From an uncultured Pseudomonadales bacterium (GTDB lineage: Bacteria; Patescibacteriota; Microgenomatia; UBA1400; UBA1396): a stretch of 64,000 bases of DNA. The DNA lies in assembly GCA_964603945.1 (NCBI GenBank), contig CAZRWP010000003.1, positions 6,830 through 70,829 of the forward strand, given 5' to 3'. The notes beneath the pieces were generated by a model, which searched no databases, was not told the origin of the DNA, and saw nothing but the letters and a program-made list of their open reading frames with translations. Shown one piece after another: positions 9,366 to 20,160 of the stretch; position 1 is the stretch's first letter; every line of letters starts with the position of its first letter. The position numbers and the translations under genes are program-made.

Positions 9366-11252
9366 ATGTACCGGTGGCTATTTAAGACCATTTCCTTTTT
9401 ATTGGCCGTCACTTGGCTGGCGACAAATTTGCTAACTCCGGTGGCAGTTTTGGCACAGGCTGATCCAGAAGACGATGAAACAACTGAAATCGGAGGCGCC
9501 ACCTTCAGTCGAGATGACTTTGAAGCCGCCATCAACTCACCTACTCCTAACCTGGCAAATACAACTGCTTATGTATTAACCACGATCAGTGTAATGTTGG
9601 TAAATTCAGTTAGCCCATCAAAGTTGGTGCAAAACCCAGATGGCGCAGCAATACCAGGAAGTACCCACTACGCCTCCTCCACTCCAAGAACTCTCGACAA
9701 CGCTCTTAATAATGGAGGTTTAATAGGCGGTGTCGCTTTTCTAACCGCCGAGTTGGTTCGCAATCCTCCAGCTTCTGGTTCAGAATACATCGCATACATC
9801 ATGCACGAATCTCCACTGATTCCGCAAACAGCTTACGCTCAGGGGTTTGGAGTTGGCTTTGGCGCTCTAAGTCCTATTCTTAGTACTTGGGCGGCTTTTA
9901 GAGATGTAGCTTACTTTTTATTAACTCTGATTTTCTTGACGATTGGTATTTTGATTATTTTCCGCAAAAAAGTCAGTGGCAATGTAGCCGTAACGGTGCA
10001 AAGTGCCCTCCCCCGTCTGATTATTACCTTAATCTTAATTACTTTTTCCTACGCTATTGCCGGCTTCATTGTCGACCTGATGTTCTGGGCTATTTATTTT
10101 GTGGTGATAATTTTTAGTAGTTTACTGAATGAACCAATAGATTTTAAAATCGCCAGCGACCCTACACTACGAGAATTTGCCCTAGACACCAATTTATTTA
10201 CCATTTTATTCCAATATGTAATTGCTGGAGGAGCCGGTAATGCGGCAAATGCTCTATCAACAATAGTAATGAAAGCTTTAACGGGCATTCCTTTCCTTGG
10301 TGGAGATCCAGGATCGTGGCTAGGAAGTATTCTTAGTTTTGGTTTAGACATTTTATTTACCCTAATAATTGGTGTCGCCATCCTAATTCAATCATTCCGA
10401 GTCTTCTTTCAGCTTCTAATGTCCTACGCTGGATTTGTAATTAATGTCGTACTGAGCCCATTTGTCCTTCTCCAAGGTGCAATCCCTGGCAAAGACCCCT
10501 TTATGAAGTGGTTAAAAAATCTAATTGCCGGCTTAGCTCCCTTTGTCGTGGTGGTGTTTATGCTATTTATGGCCTTCACCTTGTCTGGTAAAAACACTAA
10601 GCCTGGTGTTGGCTATGATGTAAACAACCCCAGCACAGCAGGCCTGCGACTACCACTTCTATTAACTGGTGATGTCTCAGGCAATGGCATCATGGGACTC
10701 TTAGCCATTGGCTTTATCATGCTATTACCAGAAGCCGTAAATATGACCAAGAAAGCTCTCGGCGCCTCCGGCGGACCGCTTGATGAGTTCAAAGACAAAG
10801 CTGTAGGGAACTTCAAGCAAGGTTGGGAAGGAAATAAGTACGTTCCAGGAGCTAAAACAGGTCTGCGCAATATGGCCGCTGGAGCTGGCGCCGGCATGGC
10901 GGGTGGTTTCGTAGCAGGCGACAAATTGTCTCAAGATCGTAGTCGACCGGTCAGGTGGGCTGCAAAAGGTGCCGGTGCTATACTTGGTACTGGCCTCGGC
11001 GGGGCATTCGGAGGAGCATACACAGCTGCCTCTCCGCCTTTAAAAGTGATTAATGAAAAGATTTTAAAACCAGTAACGCCAGTTGTTTCTCGCGTCAACA
11101 AAGAAGGCGTTAGGGTTAATGAGTTTATTGAGCAACAAAGAGCAAGAAAGCAGCTTGAGAGAGACGGCGAGCGACAGGAGGCTTCCACAAACAGAACCAG
11201 TAGTGGTGAGCCCGTTAATCCTTCACAGGGAGGTGGGGCTGTTGCTCCATAA
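9366..11252 (+). CDS. Multi-pass membrane protein, VirB6/TrbL-like (CPR T4SS-associated)
   Basis: Signal peptide, W...RD.AY, LP.LII.LILITFSYAIAG..VD, SPF.LL..AIPG and a Gly/Ala-rich C-terminal tail; adjacent to the pilin-like gene. Confidence 0.6.
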   Translation: MYRWLFKTISFLLAVTWLATNLLTPVAVLAQADPEDDETTEIGGATFSRDDFEAAINSPTPNLANTTAYVLTTISVMLVNSVSPSKLVQNPDGAAIPGSTHYASSTPRTLDNALNNGGLIGGVAFLTAELVRNPPASGSEYIAYIMHESPLIPQTAYAQGFGVGFGALSPILSTWAAFRDVAYFLLTLIFLTIGILIIFRKKVSGNVAVTVQSALPRLIITLILITFSYAIAGFIVDLMFWAIYFVVIIFSSLLNEPIDFKIASDPTLREFALDTNLFTILFQYVIAGGAGNAANALSTIVMKALTGIPFLGGDPGSWLGSILSFGLDILFTLIIGVAILIQSFRVFFQLLMSYAGFVINVVLSPFVLLQGAIPGKDPFMKWLKNLIAGLAPFVVVVFMLFMAFTLSGKNTKPGVGYDVNNPSTAGLRLPLLLTGDVSGNGIMGLLAIGFIMLLPEAVNMTKKALGASGGPLDEFKDKAVGNFKQGWEGNKYVPGAKTGLRNMAAGAGAGMAGGFVAGDKLSQDRSRPVRWAAKGAGAILGTGLGGAFGGAYTAASPPLKVINEKILKPVTPVVSRVNKEGVRVNEFIEQQRARKQLERDGERQEASTNRTSSGEPVNPSQGGGAVAP

Positions 11253-11288
11253 CCATTTAATTAAATTTGAAACTTTTTTATAACCTAA

Positions 11289-14200
11289 TTATTTTTCTGA
11301 CTGAAACAAACCCATTAAGGTCTTTCCTGAATTAAATAGCTCTCCCCATGTGTATTTAACACCCATAAGCTTGAGAAGTTTCATAAATTGAGCCTTGGTA
11401 AATAAGTTTTGTCCCTCGATGTGTGGAAGTTCTTTCTCAACTGAGTCAATCCAGCCCTCTTTGTGAGCAACTCTCAATATTTTCTTAAATCCAGTCACCA
11501 GGGGACCCACCAGCACACCATCAAAATTACGATTACGATACATCTCTCGAATTTCAGCAGAAACTATAATACCAAGTAATAGATAGTCTTCTGGACTTAA
11601 CTTTTCGATAACATCCCCCTCATACGAAGCCATTGTCATCACTTGTGTAAATTTATGCTTAACTAACAAATCTTTTGGATTAACTATTGGACCACCATTT
11701 GGCGGAACAACTGTAAATACCATTTCTTTAACCCCATCATCTGCTACATGAAGAGCTGAAGAATTATACCTCTTGTCCCTCTTCATCTCATCTGGTATCC
11801 AATAAGCCAGATCTACTGGTTCCATTTGAATAAACAAGTGAGAGCGTACGAGTAGTTCTTTATAATCACCATCTCCAGATGAATTTGTAGCACCTGGTTT
11901 TTTCACAATTATTCTTACAAACTGGCCGGATTTCAAAGCTTCCTCTTTAGACACACCCGGATTAATTGGTTCTCCGGCTTCATCATACATCATCCAGTAA
12001 GTGTCAATTTTTCTGATCGTATCAATTACTTCAGCTGCAAATCGCCCATTAACTTTAGCCGGCTGATTCGTTTTAAAATCCAAAGATCCCAACTCAAGCA
12101 GATTTCCTGATGAAAAACCATTCATGCAGCGCTTAGCCAAGGCAAACATATGCTTCATATGTCCAAGCCATTGATAAGTAGCATCCGGAGGTAATTGATC
12201 AAATGGAATGTCAGCCCAACTACGAGCATGAGTAATATGATCTTTAAGAGTTCTTACTACACCATGCCTATTTTTTAGGACAAAATAGTCAAAAAAGGTT
12301 AAAAAGAAGGATTGCATTAAAATTAGAGACTCATTAATAGAACCAGTTTTTTCATCTCTTTCACCATTTAGATACTTCAAGGCGGCAAGAATCGGATTCA
12401 TCAAAATCTGCATTCTTTCAACACCTTCTGGAGATCCAAAGTTTTGTTTTTTTCCTTTTAGTCTCGCATCTTGAAAGTCTGCTTCTAATCCCAACTCACA
12501 CATCCACTCAGCAAAGTACATGGCAATTGTTGAAAACGGATACATTGCCTCCATTGCACTTGAGGATAGTGCTTCTGCGACTCCTTTCTTAATAGATGGA
12601 TCAAATTGATCATTAAAAGCTTTGGCTTCTTCATTGTTGAGACTTTCATTTTTAGCATCTAAGAATTGGTTTAAAGTACCCATAACGCTAGAACCATTTG
12701 GTTCCGATAATCCCCTTGACTCAATCTCAGTAATTTTCCTTTCCACTGACTCACGAATCTTCTCAGGCAATAATTGTGTAATAACTAAATTTCTTCTTGC
12801 CAAAGCCCTGGCAAAAGAATCTGATATCACGCTTGAAGTAGGTAAAACAGACCTCTTTAAACGCTTAGTTACCAATTGTTTAACACTATGAGTACCAAAC
12901 CTGAAACCCGGTCTTAAGCTCGAAGGAATACTAGGTTCAATTATTGTATATTGATCTGAATAAGGAATTGCCATGTCAGGTGGTAAGCCCTGATCATTAC
13001 GAATTTTTTGTTCACGCTTTTCTAGTTCATCAACACTGTTATATCCCCTCCCTCTAAGAAATACTTGTTGCAAAGCTATGCGTATTTGCTCGCCGATTGG
13101 CAAATTATCAGGTCCAAACTCTGACCCTTCTACCCAGCGATTTTGACTCTCAATATGGAGGGGCAATAAGAATCTATCATCAGCAAGTTCTGCCAACAAT
13201 TTCCAAACAATTGGATGAAACCATTTATTCTCTCTTGCGTCAGAAGAATAAAATTCTTCATACTGTTCAACAGTTTTTGACCCCATTGCCCTAGTACCAT
13301 CGGTTGCTAGAAGATCAAGCATCCACAAATACCCATTTAGCATTTCATCTTTAGCTATAAGTGCCGCTCCTCTAAATTCTGGGTCAACTTGCAAGTCATA
13401 TGCTTCAATAACTTGCTTAAGCGTCATTTGCTGAGATGGAATGGCGCTAGCATCGACAGTTTCTGTAAGTGCAAATGCTATACCTCCAATAGGGGGTATA
13501 ACACCTCTTTCAGGATCTCTCTGTCCAAAAGCCTTCTCCATTGCTAATGAAATAAGATGTCTATTAATAACTTCATACCGCTCAACCGGATCTTTTATTT
13601 CTAAAATATACTCAGCCCCATTTTGAACCAGAATATTTATAGCCGGATTGCTCATTTCGCGGTTTTTGCGCTCTTTTAACTTTGCCGCTTCTGCGTCTAA
13701 TTTATCTGCTGCTTTTTTAGCAGCTCTTTCCGCGCGCTTAGCAAGAAGATCTGTTCTACGTTCATCGTAAAGTGCAGCCTTAATTGCTTCTATATCATTG
13801 GTATGAGCGGCATTATTGATAATCTCTAACAGCTGACGTTCTAAATTTAACTTATCTACATCATCAATAATTTTCTGTAGTCTTACCTCCAAGTCTGAAT
13901 CTGTTATTCCAACGAGATCATTGGCTGCCCTCTGCTTTTCCAGGGACTTTTTTTCTGTGTCAAAGGTCAGTAGCTGATCATCAATCTCATTAATTCTTGA
14001 CTCTGTGAGAGAAATGATTATCCTAACTTGATTGAGTTGTTCAGCCTGATCAATTGTCCTGTTTTCTATGTCAACAATTGTTTGTCGCAATAGTTCATCA
14101 ATTTCCTTAAATTCAGGACTTAAATCTATGCTTCCTGCAGCTTTTCTCTTTGGTATGAACTTATCAGCCCACTCTTCAAATGATCTATTGACAAATAAAT

Positions 14201-14591
14201 CTTCATCGTTCATTAGTTCGAGCAACTGATTTAAAAGTTTTTCCTCAATCAACATTTTTTCTTCTTCATCCTTAGAAATTCCAGGAACCGCCTTTTCGAC
14301 CGAAATGTCTTTTATTCGCTGTCTAGTGGTTTCCCTGATTGTATTTAGCCTTACTAATTGATTATTTTCACTTAAAGCTCCTGACCTGGCCTGGTGAATT
14401 AATAATGCTAAATTATCAGTAATTATTCTAAAAGGCGTTCCTGCCTTCAAAATACCTGGGTGAAAATCAGGTGAAGCAATTCCACTTGCATCATAAGCAG
14501 CTTTATTCATTGCGATATCGCGCAGAAATTTAAATGAGGGGTTTATACTTTCAATCTGCGACATAATCAAGTTTATTTTAACATCAATCAA
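11289..14591 (-). CDS. Large hypothetical protein (1100 aa) with N-terminal coiled coil
   Basis: Long ORF, visibly more AT-rich than core genes; no motif recognised. Confidence 0.8.
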   Translation of the reverse strand: MIDVKINLIMSQIESINPSFKFLRDIAMNKAAYDASGIASPDFHPGILKAGTPFRIITDNLALLIHQARSGALSENNQLVRLNTIRETTRQRIKDISVEKAVPGISKDEEEKMLIEEKLLNQLLELMNDEDLFVNRSFEEWADKFIPKRKAAGSIDLSPEFKEIDELLRQTIVDIENRTIDQAEQLNQVRIIISLTESRINEIDDQLLTFDTEKKSLEKQRAANDLVGITDSDLEVRLQKIIDDVDKLNLERQLLEIINNAAHTNDIEAIKAALYDERRTDLLAKRAERAAKKAADKLDAEAAKLKERKNREMSNPAINILVQNGAEYILEIKDPVERYEVINRHLISLAMEKAFGQRDPERGVIPPIGGIAFALTETVDASAIPSQQMTLKQVIEAYDLQVDPEFRGAALIAKDEMLNGYLWMLDLLATDGTRAMGSKTVEQYEEFYSSDARENKWFHPIVWKLLAELADDRFLLPLHIESQNRWVEGSEFGPDNLPIGEQIRIALQQVFLRGRGYNSVDELEKREQKIRNDQGLPPDMAIPYSDQYTIIEPSIPSSLRPGFRFGTHSVKQLVTKRLKRSVLPTSSVISDSFARALARRNLVITQLLPEKIRESVERKITEIESRGLSEPNGSSVMGTLNQFLDAKNESLNNEEAKAFNDQFDPSIKKGVAEALSSSAMEAMYPFSTIAMYFAEWMCELGLEADFQDARLKGKKQNFGSPEGVERMQILMNPILAALKYLNGERDEKTGSINESLILMQSFFLTFFDYFVLKNRHGVVRTLKDHITHARSWADIPFDQLPPDATYQWLGHMKHMFALAKRCMNGFSSGNLLELGSLDFKTNQPAKVNGRFAAEVIDTIRKIDTYWMMYDEAGEPINPGVSKEEALKSGQFVRIIVKKPGATNSSGDGDYKELLVRSHLFIQMEPVDLAYWIPDEMKRDKRYNSSALHVADDGVKEMVFTVVPPNGGPIVNPKDLLVKHKFTQVMTMASYEGDVIEKLSPEDYLLLGIIVSAEIREMYRNRNFDGVLVGPLVTGFKKILRVAHKEGWIDSVEKELPHIEGQNLFTKAQFMKLLKLMGVKYTWGELFNSGKTLMGLFQSEK

Positions 14592-14597
14592 CCAACA

Positions 14598-15905
14598 CTA
14601 ATCTTCTTTCTTAAAAGTAACTCTCGCGGACTGTTCCAAAAGATACTGAATTACTTCAGCAGACAAATTTATTGATTTTTTGTCAGGCAAATCCGATTTT
14701 TTGCCTTCAAGATTTTTTTTGATTGCATAAGCAACTCTTTCCTTAATGTCCTCAATAAGTTTGACTTTTTCTTCAGGATCCTCTGCCTTTTTAGGAGCGG
14801 ATAGAAGATCTCGTACTTCAGTCTGCAAGTTGATCTCTTCAATTTTCTTTTCTTCTTTAAACAAATAAAGGTAAAACTTTTTTTTATCTTCTTCACTTTC
14901 CATTGAGGCTTTCAAGAATTCCATTGTTGTGTCTTCCAAATCATTTTTGGCTTCAACTCCATCTCTATATAACCTGTCTCCGTAGCCAAATCCTGATTTA
15001 TCAACTGCAAATATTAATGAAATAAAATCACTTACACCGGGAATTCCCTCCGACCAGTCATCAACGCCTTTTTGCATATCTTTAAATGAAGAAAAAAATG
15101 AGGCTTGCTTTTCACTATCCCATTTTTCTGACAACCCCTGTCGAGCCACACTATCCTCAATCTGCAGATAAACTTCTAGCAAATGAGATGTCGTCTCATA
15201 CTTAGATAAAAACCAGGCTGAGTGCTCTGAAAACAATTTTTTATCATTTTGAAGCTCCTCCCAAGAAAGTTGATCGTCTTGAGAGCCTGTTAAAAACAGT
15301 CTTTCGAGCTCGGCATGATCTTGAAAGCTTGTTAAAAAAGCCAAAGTATCTAAAGTTTGGTTTTTAAATTTTTCAACCTCAATATCCTCGGTTTCAAGCA
15401 GCATTGTTTTTGTTTGTTCTTGAATAATGGAAGAAATGCGATATTTTAATCTTCGAATGTTGTCTATTTTTTTATTGACATCCTCAGTTTTTCCTGAATC
15501 ATCACTTTTTTCAACCTTTTGAAGATCGCTTTTAAATCTACTCTCAACTTTGTCTAAAAGCTGAGTAAATTCTGCTAGAGGGGGATTATCGCCGTCAAAG
15601 TGCTCTTTTAATAAGAGATTAACACGCCTTTCCAGTTTAAATTCTTCATCATCTCTTTTTATTCCCTCAACTAATTGCTCAATATTAAAATTCCCTACAA
15701 ATTGCTCTGAATTTTCTTCCAAATCCTGGTTCTGAGGAAGATTGTTTTCATTTTCAGACCCAGTCGCTAAGTTGTCAGCACCTTTATCATTTCCATCATT
15801 CTGATTTTCAGGCTGAACCCGAGTTTCCTCTGCTTTTGCTCTAATGTCATCCATCGACATATTTTCACCAGCTATTAAAATCGAAGATTGATTGACTTCT
15901 GCCAT
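14598..15905 (-). CDS. Acidic helical hypothetical protein (435 aa)
   Basis: Long AT-rich ORF 6 nt upstream of the 1100-aa gene, probably co-transcribed. Confidence 0.8.
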   Translation of the reverse strand: MAEVNQSSILIAGENMSMDDIRAKAEETRVQPENQNDGNDKGADNLATGSENENNLPQNQDLEENSEQFVGNFNIEQLVEGIKRDDEEFKLERRVNLLLKEHFDGDNPPLAEFTQLLDKVESRFKSDLQKVEKSDDSGKTEDVNKKIDNIRRLKYRISSIIQEQTKTMLLETEDIEVEKFKNQTLDTLAFLTSFQDHAELERLFLTGSQDDQLSWEELQNDKKLFSEHSAWFLSKYETTSHLLEVYLQIEDSVARQGLSEKWDSEKQASFFSSFKDMQKGVDDWSEGIPGVSDFISLIFAVDKSGFGYGDRLYRDGVEAKNDLEDTTMEFLKASMESEEDKKKFYLYLFKEEKKIEEINLQTEVRDLLSAPKKAEDPEEKVKLIEDIKERVAYAIKKNLEGKKSDLPDKKSINLSAEVIQYLLEQSARVTFKKED

Positions 15906-15986
15906 ACTTACACAGATTAGTATGGTTTTTGCTTATATGCAACTTTAATAACCGAGATTTTCTCCCCCTTGCCAACCCAACCCGAT

Positions 15987-16006
15987 TGTGGATATATTGT
16001 GGATAA
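15987..16006. promoter_or_regulatory. Tandem DnaA boxes upstream of dnaA
   Basis: TGTGGATAT (15987-15995) and a perfect TGTGGATAA (15998-16006). Confidence 0.85.
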
Positions 16007-16122
16007 CTTTACATGGAGGAGCTGAGGGTTTATCTGGAGGAGTGAGTCGCTAAATTCACTCACCTTTTCAACCGGCGACCTCAAGTAATTTTAAAACCAG
16101 CCTGCCTGAATTAGAAATTATT

Positions 16123-17760
16123 ATGACAACTACTGAGCCTCAACTTGTATGGTCCGCAGTCTTACGTGATCTATCCAAATCAATGTCCTCCTCTAGTTTT
16201 TCAACCTGGATTAAGCCATTAAAGATTGAGTCTATTGAGGCAGTGGGAGATGGTCACGCCATAGTTAAAATTTCAGCGGCCAGTCCATATGTGGCTGAGC
16301 AAGCCGAAATGCGCTGTTATGCTCAGTTAAAACAGATCATTGATCGCTCTACGGGGCGTGCTTGCGATTTGACTTTTGATATTAGTGGTGGGGTGGGAAA
16401 TACCGCTGTAAAAGATACTCTGTCAAATGAGAATGGTTCTCAGTCAAATACAATAGATGTTCAGCCAATTGAGGAAGAAGATGATAATCACTCCAATTTT
16501 ATTAACCGCTCTAAAGCTGACAATAAAACCCATCCAACTTATCAAAACGCGCAAATTAATCCCAATATTAGTCATCAAACCGGCCCCAGTAATTCGCCGC
16601 TTTTTAGCCCGGACTCCAGTAGACCATCAAGACCTGGCTCTAAAAAATCCAGCGCAACTAGCGACGCCCCTTCTCTATTTAGTCAGGCTCAAATCCGCAT
16701 TCCCACTGTTGACCGCCACAAGCTGGCGGCCCAAAAAGCCCATCTGCGCGAGGATTATACCTTTGACAGTTTTGCCGTTTCGGGCTCTAATGAAATGGCT
16801 CATGCGGCCGCCAGCGCCGTGGCGGCTAGCCCCGGGCAAGTTTATAACCCGCTGTTTTTGTGGGGCGGAGTTGGTGTTGGCAAAACCCATTTAATGCAGG
16901 CGATTGGCAATACTATTCTCAAAAATGATCCTGACACACCCCTTACTTATTGCATGGGTGAAGAATTTTTAAATGAGATCATTGGGGCAATTCGTAGTAA
17001 GCGTACTTTGGAATTTAAGGAGAAATATCGCCGGCTTAAAGTTTTACTAATTGATGATATTCAGTTTATTGCCGGCAAAGATACGGCTCAGGAAGAGTTC
17101 TTTCACACTTTTAACGCCATTACCCGAAGTGGTGGGCAGGTAATTATGACCTCTGACCGACCACCTTATGAAATTCATCCTTTAGAGGACCGTTTAAGAA
17201 GCCGGTTTGAGGGCGGCCTAACAATTGATATTCAGCAACCGACTTTTGAGCTTAGAACAGCAATTTTACTTATCAAATCGCAGAAAATGGGACTTGATCT
17301 ACCAATGAATTTGGCTCAAATTATTGCCTCGGAGGTGGAGAGCACCCGTAAATTGGAAGGTGTAATTTACAAACTCCACAGCGCTCACCGTTTTCAAAAC
17401 AAACCACTTGATGAACATTTAGTCAGGGAAGTTTTAGGCAATGAAAGCCGGCCGGTAATTTCAAGAAAAAAACTTAAACCATCTGCTATTTTACGGGCGG
17501 TAACGTCACATTTCCACGTCAGCGCCAGCACTCTCCGCGGCCCATCTCGCAAGAAAGACTACGTCACCGCCCGCCACATCGCTATGTACTTACTCAAATC
17601 GGAATTAGATGTTCCCTACGCAGAAATCGGCCATTCCTTTGGCGGGCGCGACCACACTTCAATTATGCACGCCGTTTCTAAAATTGAGAATGAAATGGCC
17701 GATAGCTCAATTATCAATCAGCATGTCAATGCGATCCGGTCTTCGCTGTCGGCAATGTAG
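16123..17760 (+). CDS. dnaA: Chromosomal replication initiator DnaA
   Basis: YNPLFLWGGVGVGKTHL, IDDIQF, RLRSRF and FGGRDHTSIMHA; long disordered domain II. Confidence 0.98.
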   Translation: MTTTEPQLVWSAVLRDLSKSMSSSSFSTWIKPLKIESIEAVGDGHAIVKISAASPYVAEQAEMRCYAQLKQIIDRSTGRACDLTFDISGGVGNTAVKDTLSNENGSQSNTIDVQPIEEEDDNHSNFINRSKADNKTHPTYQNAQINPNISHQTGPSNSPLFSPDSSRPSRPGSKKSSATSDAPSLFSQAQIRIPTVDRHKLAAQKAHLREDYTFDSFAVSGSNEMAHAAASAVAASPGQVYNPLFLWGGVGVGKTHLMQAIGNTILKNDPDTPLTYCMGEEFLNEIIGAIRSKRTLEFKEKYRRLKVLLIDDIQFIAGKDTAQEEFFHTFNAITRSGGQVIMTSDRPPYEIHPLEDRLRSRFEGGLTIDIQQPTFELRTAILLIKSQKMGLDLPMNLAQIIASEVESTRKLEGVIYKLHSAHRFQNKPLDEHLVREVLGNESRPVISRKKLKPSAILRAVTSHFHVSASTLRGPSRKKDYVTARHIAMYLLKSELDVPYAEIGHSFGGRDHTSIMHAVSKIENEMADSSIINQHVNAIRSSLSAM

Positions 17761-18229
17761 TTTTTTTGCCCTGCCCTACTCCACCTCGATTTCCTGTCAA
17801 CTTGATTCTAATTGTTATAAGAATGTTTGTTTTACCTGGCAAAATCACATCAAATTAGTAAAAAGCAATGGATATTGAACAACTCGGAGGATAACTAATT
17901 TTACAAAAAAGAAAGGGTGTCCAGATAAAAAATCGCATTTTACTCAATTGCCATAAGTTATTTTTCCACAACTTATGCACAATTGTGAATAAATTCGGTG
18001 GATATCCTGTGAGTAACCGCGGTAAAACTTATCCACTTCTCCCCATCAGCCATCATCCAAGAAAAAGTTATTCGCTTTTTAAATAAGTTATCCCTACTCC
18101 TCCACAAAAGTATCCACTGTCTGATAGAGTACACTCACACACGAAACAAAAACGAACTAGTTGAGCGGCGCCGGCGGAGTTTTACACTTGTTCGCACGCC
18201 TACTACTACTTCTACTAGAATATATATAC
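17761..18229. other. Replication origin oriC (dnaA-dnaN intergenic): DnaA boxes, DnaA-trios and AT-rich tract
   Basis: Boxes TTTTCCACA 17962, TTATGCACA 17973, TGTGAATAA 17984, GGTGGATAT 17997 and TTATCCACT 18029; trios TACTACTACTTCTACTA 18201-18217. Gene strand bias flips here. Confidence 0.88.
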
Positions 18230-19339
18230 ATGAAGTTAATAATCGAACAATCCAACTTAGTTACTAAGCTTAATTCAGCAAGTAGGTTTACAGCTAATAA
18301 AAGCTCGTCTCCTCTTTTAAGCGGATACTACCTGTCAGCTTTAAAGGATAATCAATTAATTATTAGAACCAGTTCTGGCTCAGTTGTTTATGAAAGTCGC
18401 GTGGAGGCAAAAGTTGAGTCAGTTGGCTCCTGCGCAGTTCCGGCAGGTCTAATGCTCTCAATTATTAAATCTTTAGAAGCTGGAGAAATTGAGTTTAATC
18501 TAACTGAGGATAGCTTGGAAATCGTTCAAAAAAGATCCCGTTCACAAATTTCCATTATGTTGGCTGATAATTTTCCAGATCTTCATCGGGATCAACTTAA
18601 AGAAAAACTGGTTTTGCCAGTTGAGGAATTCGTTAAATATGGCCAGCGCGTTCTGATCGCCGCTAGTACAGATGAAACTAAACCGGTTTTAACATCCTTA
18701 GCGATGGAAATGTCTCAGCCGAATGCTTTAGTTACAACTGATGGATTTAGACTCTATCGAAATCAAGTTGACTTATCTCTGGACGAGGAAGGTCGGTTTT
18801 TGTTGCCGGCCAGAGTCCTCAAAGATTTCTTTGCCATTTTAGAAAAAGATTCAGCATCAACTATTACTTGCTGGACCGATTCGGATCGGCAAGAAATCTT
18901 ATTTGACCTTGGTGAAACAGCTTTGCAGGTTAGCGCGATTCAGGGAGAGTTCCCACCATATCAGTCAATTATTCCGGATAACGTTGCTTTTTCACTGCAA
19001 GTTGATAAAGAATCTCTGGTTCAGCGTGTCAATCAGGCCATGATTTTTGCCCGCGAATTTTCATCCATTATTGTTTTTGACATGGATAAAAAAGACTTGG
19101 TAATTTCATCTCAAACTAATACTAAGGGGAAAACGGAATCTAGATTAACTTGTAACTCAATTGAGGGTGAACCGGTTCGTTTTGCTTGTAATGGCAAGTA
19201 CGTCCAGGATTATTTAAACGCTACGGAAGCTGAAGAAATCAGGATTCAGGGTAACGAATCGTTAAAACCAGTTTTGTTTTCTGATGCTGAAAGCGACCGC
19301 GAGCTTTATCTGATTATGCCTTTTAAATTACAGGAGTAA
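18230..19339 (+). CDS. dnaN: DNA polymerase III beta sliding clamp
   Basis: DETKPVLT, VTTDGFRL, GEFPPY and YLIMP. Start at ATG 18230 (MKLIIEQ). Confidence 0.95.
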   Translation: MKLIIEQSNLVTKLNSASRFTANKSSSPLLSGYYLSALKDNQLIIRTSSGSVVYESRVEAKVESVGSCAVPAGLMLSIIKSLEAGEIEFNLTEDSLEIVQKRSRSQISIMLADNFPDLHRDQLKEKLVLPVEEFVKYGQRVLIAASTDETKPVLTSLAMEMSQPNALVTTDGFRLYRNQVDLSLDEEGRFLLPARVLKDFFAILEKDSASTITCWTDSDRQEILFDLGETALQVSAIQGEFPPYQSIIPDNVAFSLQVDKESLVQRVNQAMIFAREFSSIIVFDMDKKDLVISSQTNTKGKTESRLTCNSIEGEPVRFACNGKYVQDYLNATEAEEIRIQGNESLKPVLFSDAESDRELYLIMPFKLQE

Positions 19340-19430
19340 TTAGGTATTTGGTTAAACTCTCAATTAATCTCTAATTAATCTCTAAACCAGATATTAGAAC
19401 TTAAATTTCCCATGATATAATTCCACCTCT

Positions 19431-19568
19431 ATGTCAAAACGCACTTATCAACCAAAGAAAGCTCGCCGAGCCAGACGCCATGGCTTTTTTAGCCGGATGG
19501 CAACAAGAGCTGGTCGAGCTGTACTCAAGCGCCGCCGCCAAAAAGGCCGTCAGCGCTTGGCCGCTTAA
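19431..19568 (+). CDS. rpmH: 50S ribosomal protein L34
   Basis: Manual translation [45 protein letters not shown]; below the ORF-track length cutoff. Confidence 0.97.
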   Translation: MSKRTYQPKKARRARRHGFFSRMATRAGRAVLKRRRQKGRQRLAA

Positions 19569-19761
19569 TATCAATATTTTTAGTTCATTTGTTTAATTTG
19601 TGTCTGCTTAATTGTCTAGTGACCGGGAATTTTAATTGTGAATAATGTCTAGAAAATTAAGAAGTTAATAGCCGGACAACCCATTTTATTTACTAGACTT
19701 AATTTAGCCTGAGTCAGTCAAAAAAAAATAAATTAGAAGCGCTATACTCAATACTCAGATT

Positions 19762-20121
19762 ATGTTACCTAAAAACAGCCGCCCAAATTTGCGACAGAAT
19801 ACAGATTTTTTTAAAGAAGCTGAATCTTTGTCTAGCCGTCATTTGAGACTTTTGTTTAGACGGAATCCGGATGAGCAAAAACTTAAACTAGCCTTTATTG
19901 TTTCTAAACGTCACGGTGGAGCGGTTCAGCGCGTCAAAACAAAGCGTCAGCTGAGGCATGCGTCTATGGCTATCAAACAAGAACTTCCGGCACTTTTTGC
20001 CCTACCCTACTCTTCAGCCATATTAGTAAAAGGTCGTCCGCAAGATTATCAGCTATATAAACAGGAAATAGAACAGCTTTTAAGTAAACTGCAGAATTAT
20101 TACTTAAAAAACACTGTCTAA
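19762..20121 (+). CDS. rnpA: Ribonuclease P protein component
   Basis: AFIVSKRHGGAVQRVKTKRQLR (RNR-like motif); follows rpmH. Confidence 0.88.
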   Translation: MLPKNSRPNLRQNTDFFKEAESLSSRHLRLLFRRNPDEQKLKLAFIVSKRHGGAVQRVKTKRQLRHASMAIKQELPALFALPYSSAILVKGRPQDYQLYKQEIEQLLSKLQNYYLKNTV

Positions 20122-20160
20122 TTTTAAATTCCGAAAAAAAAAGACAACTAATCAAAAATT

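Noticed and set aside
18161-18229. TTG-initiated N-terminal extension of DnaN
   Set aside because: It translates the DnaA-trio tract (LLLLL); homology begins at ATG 18230.
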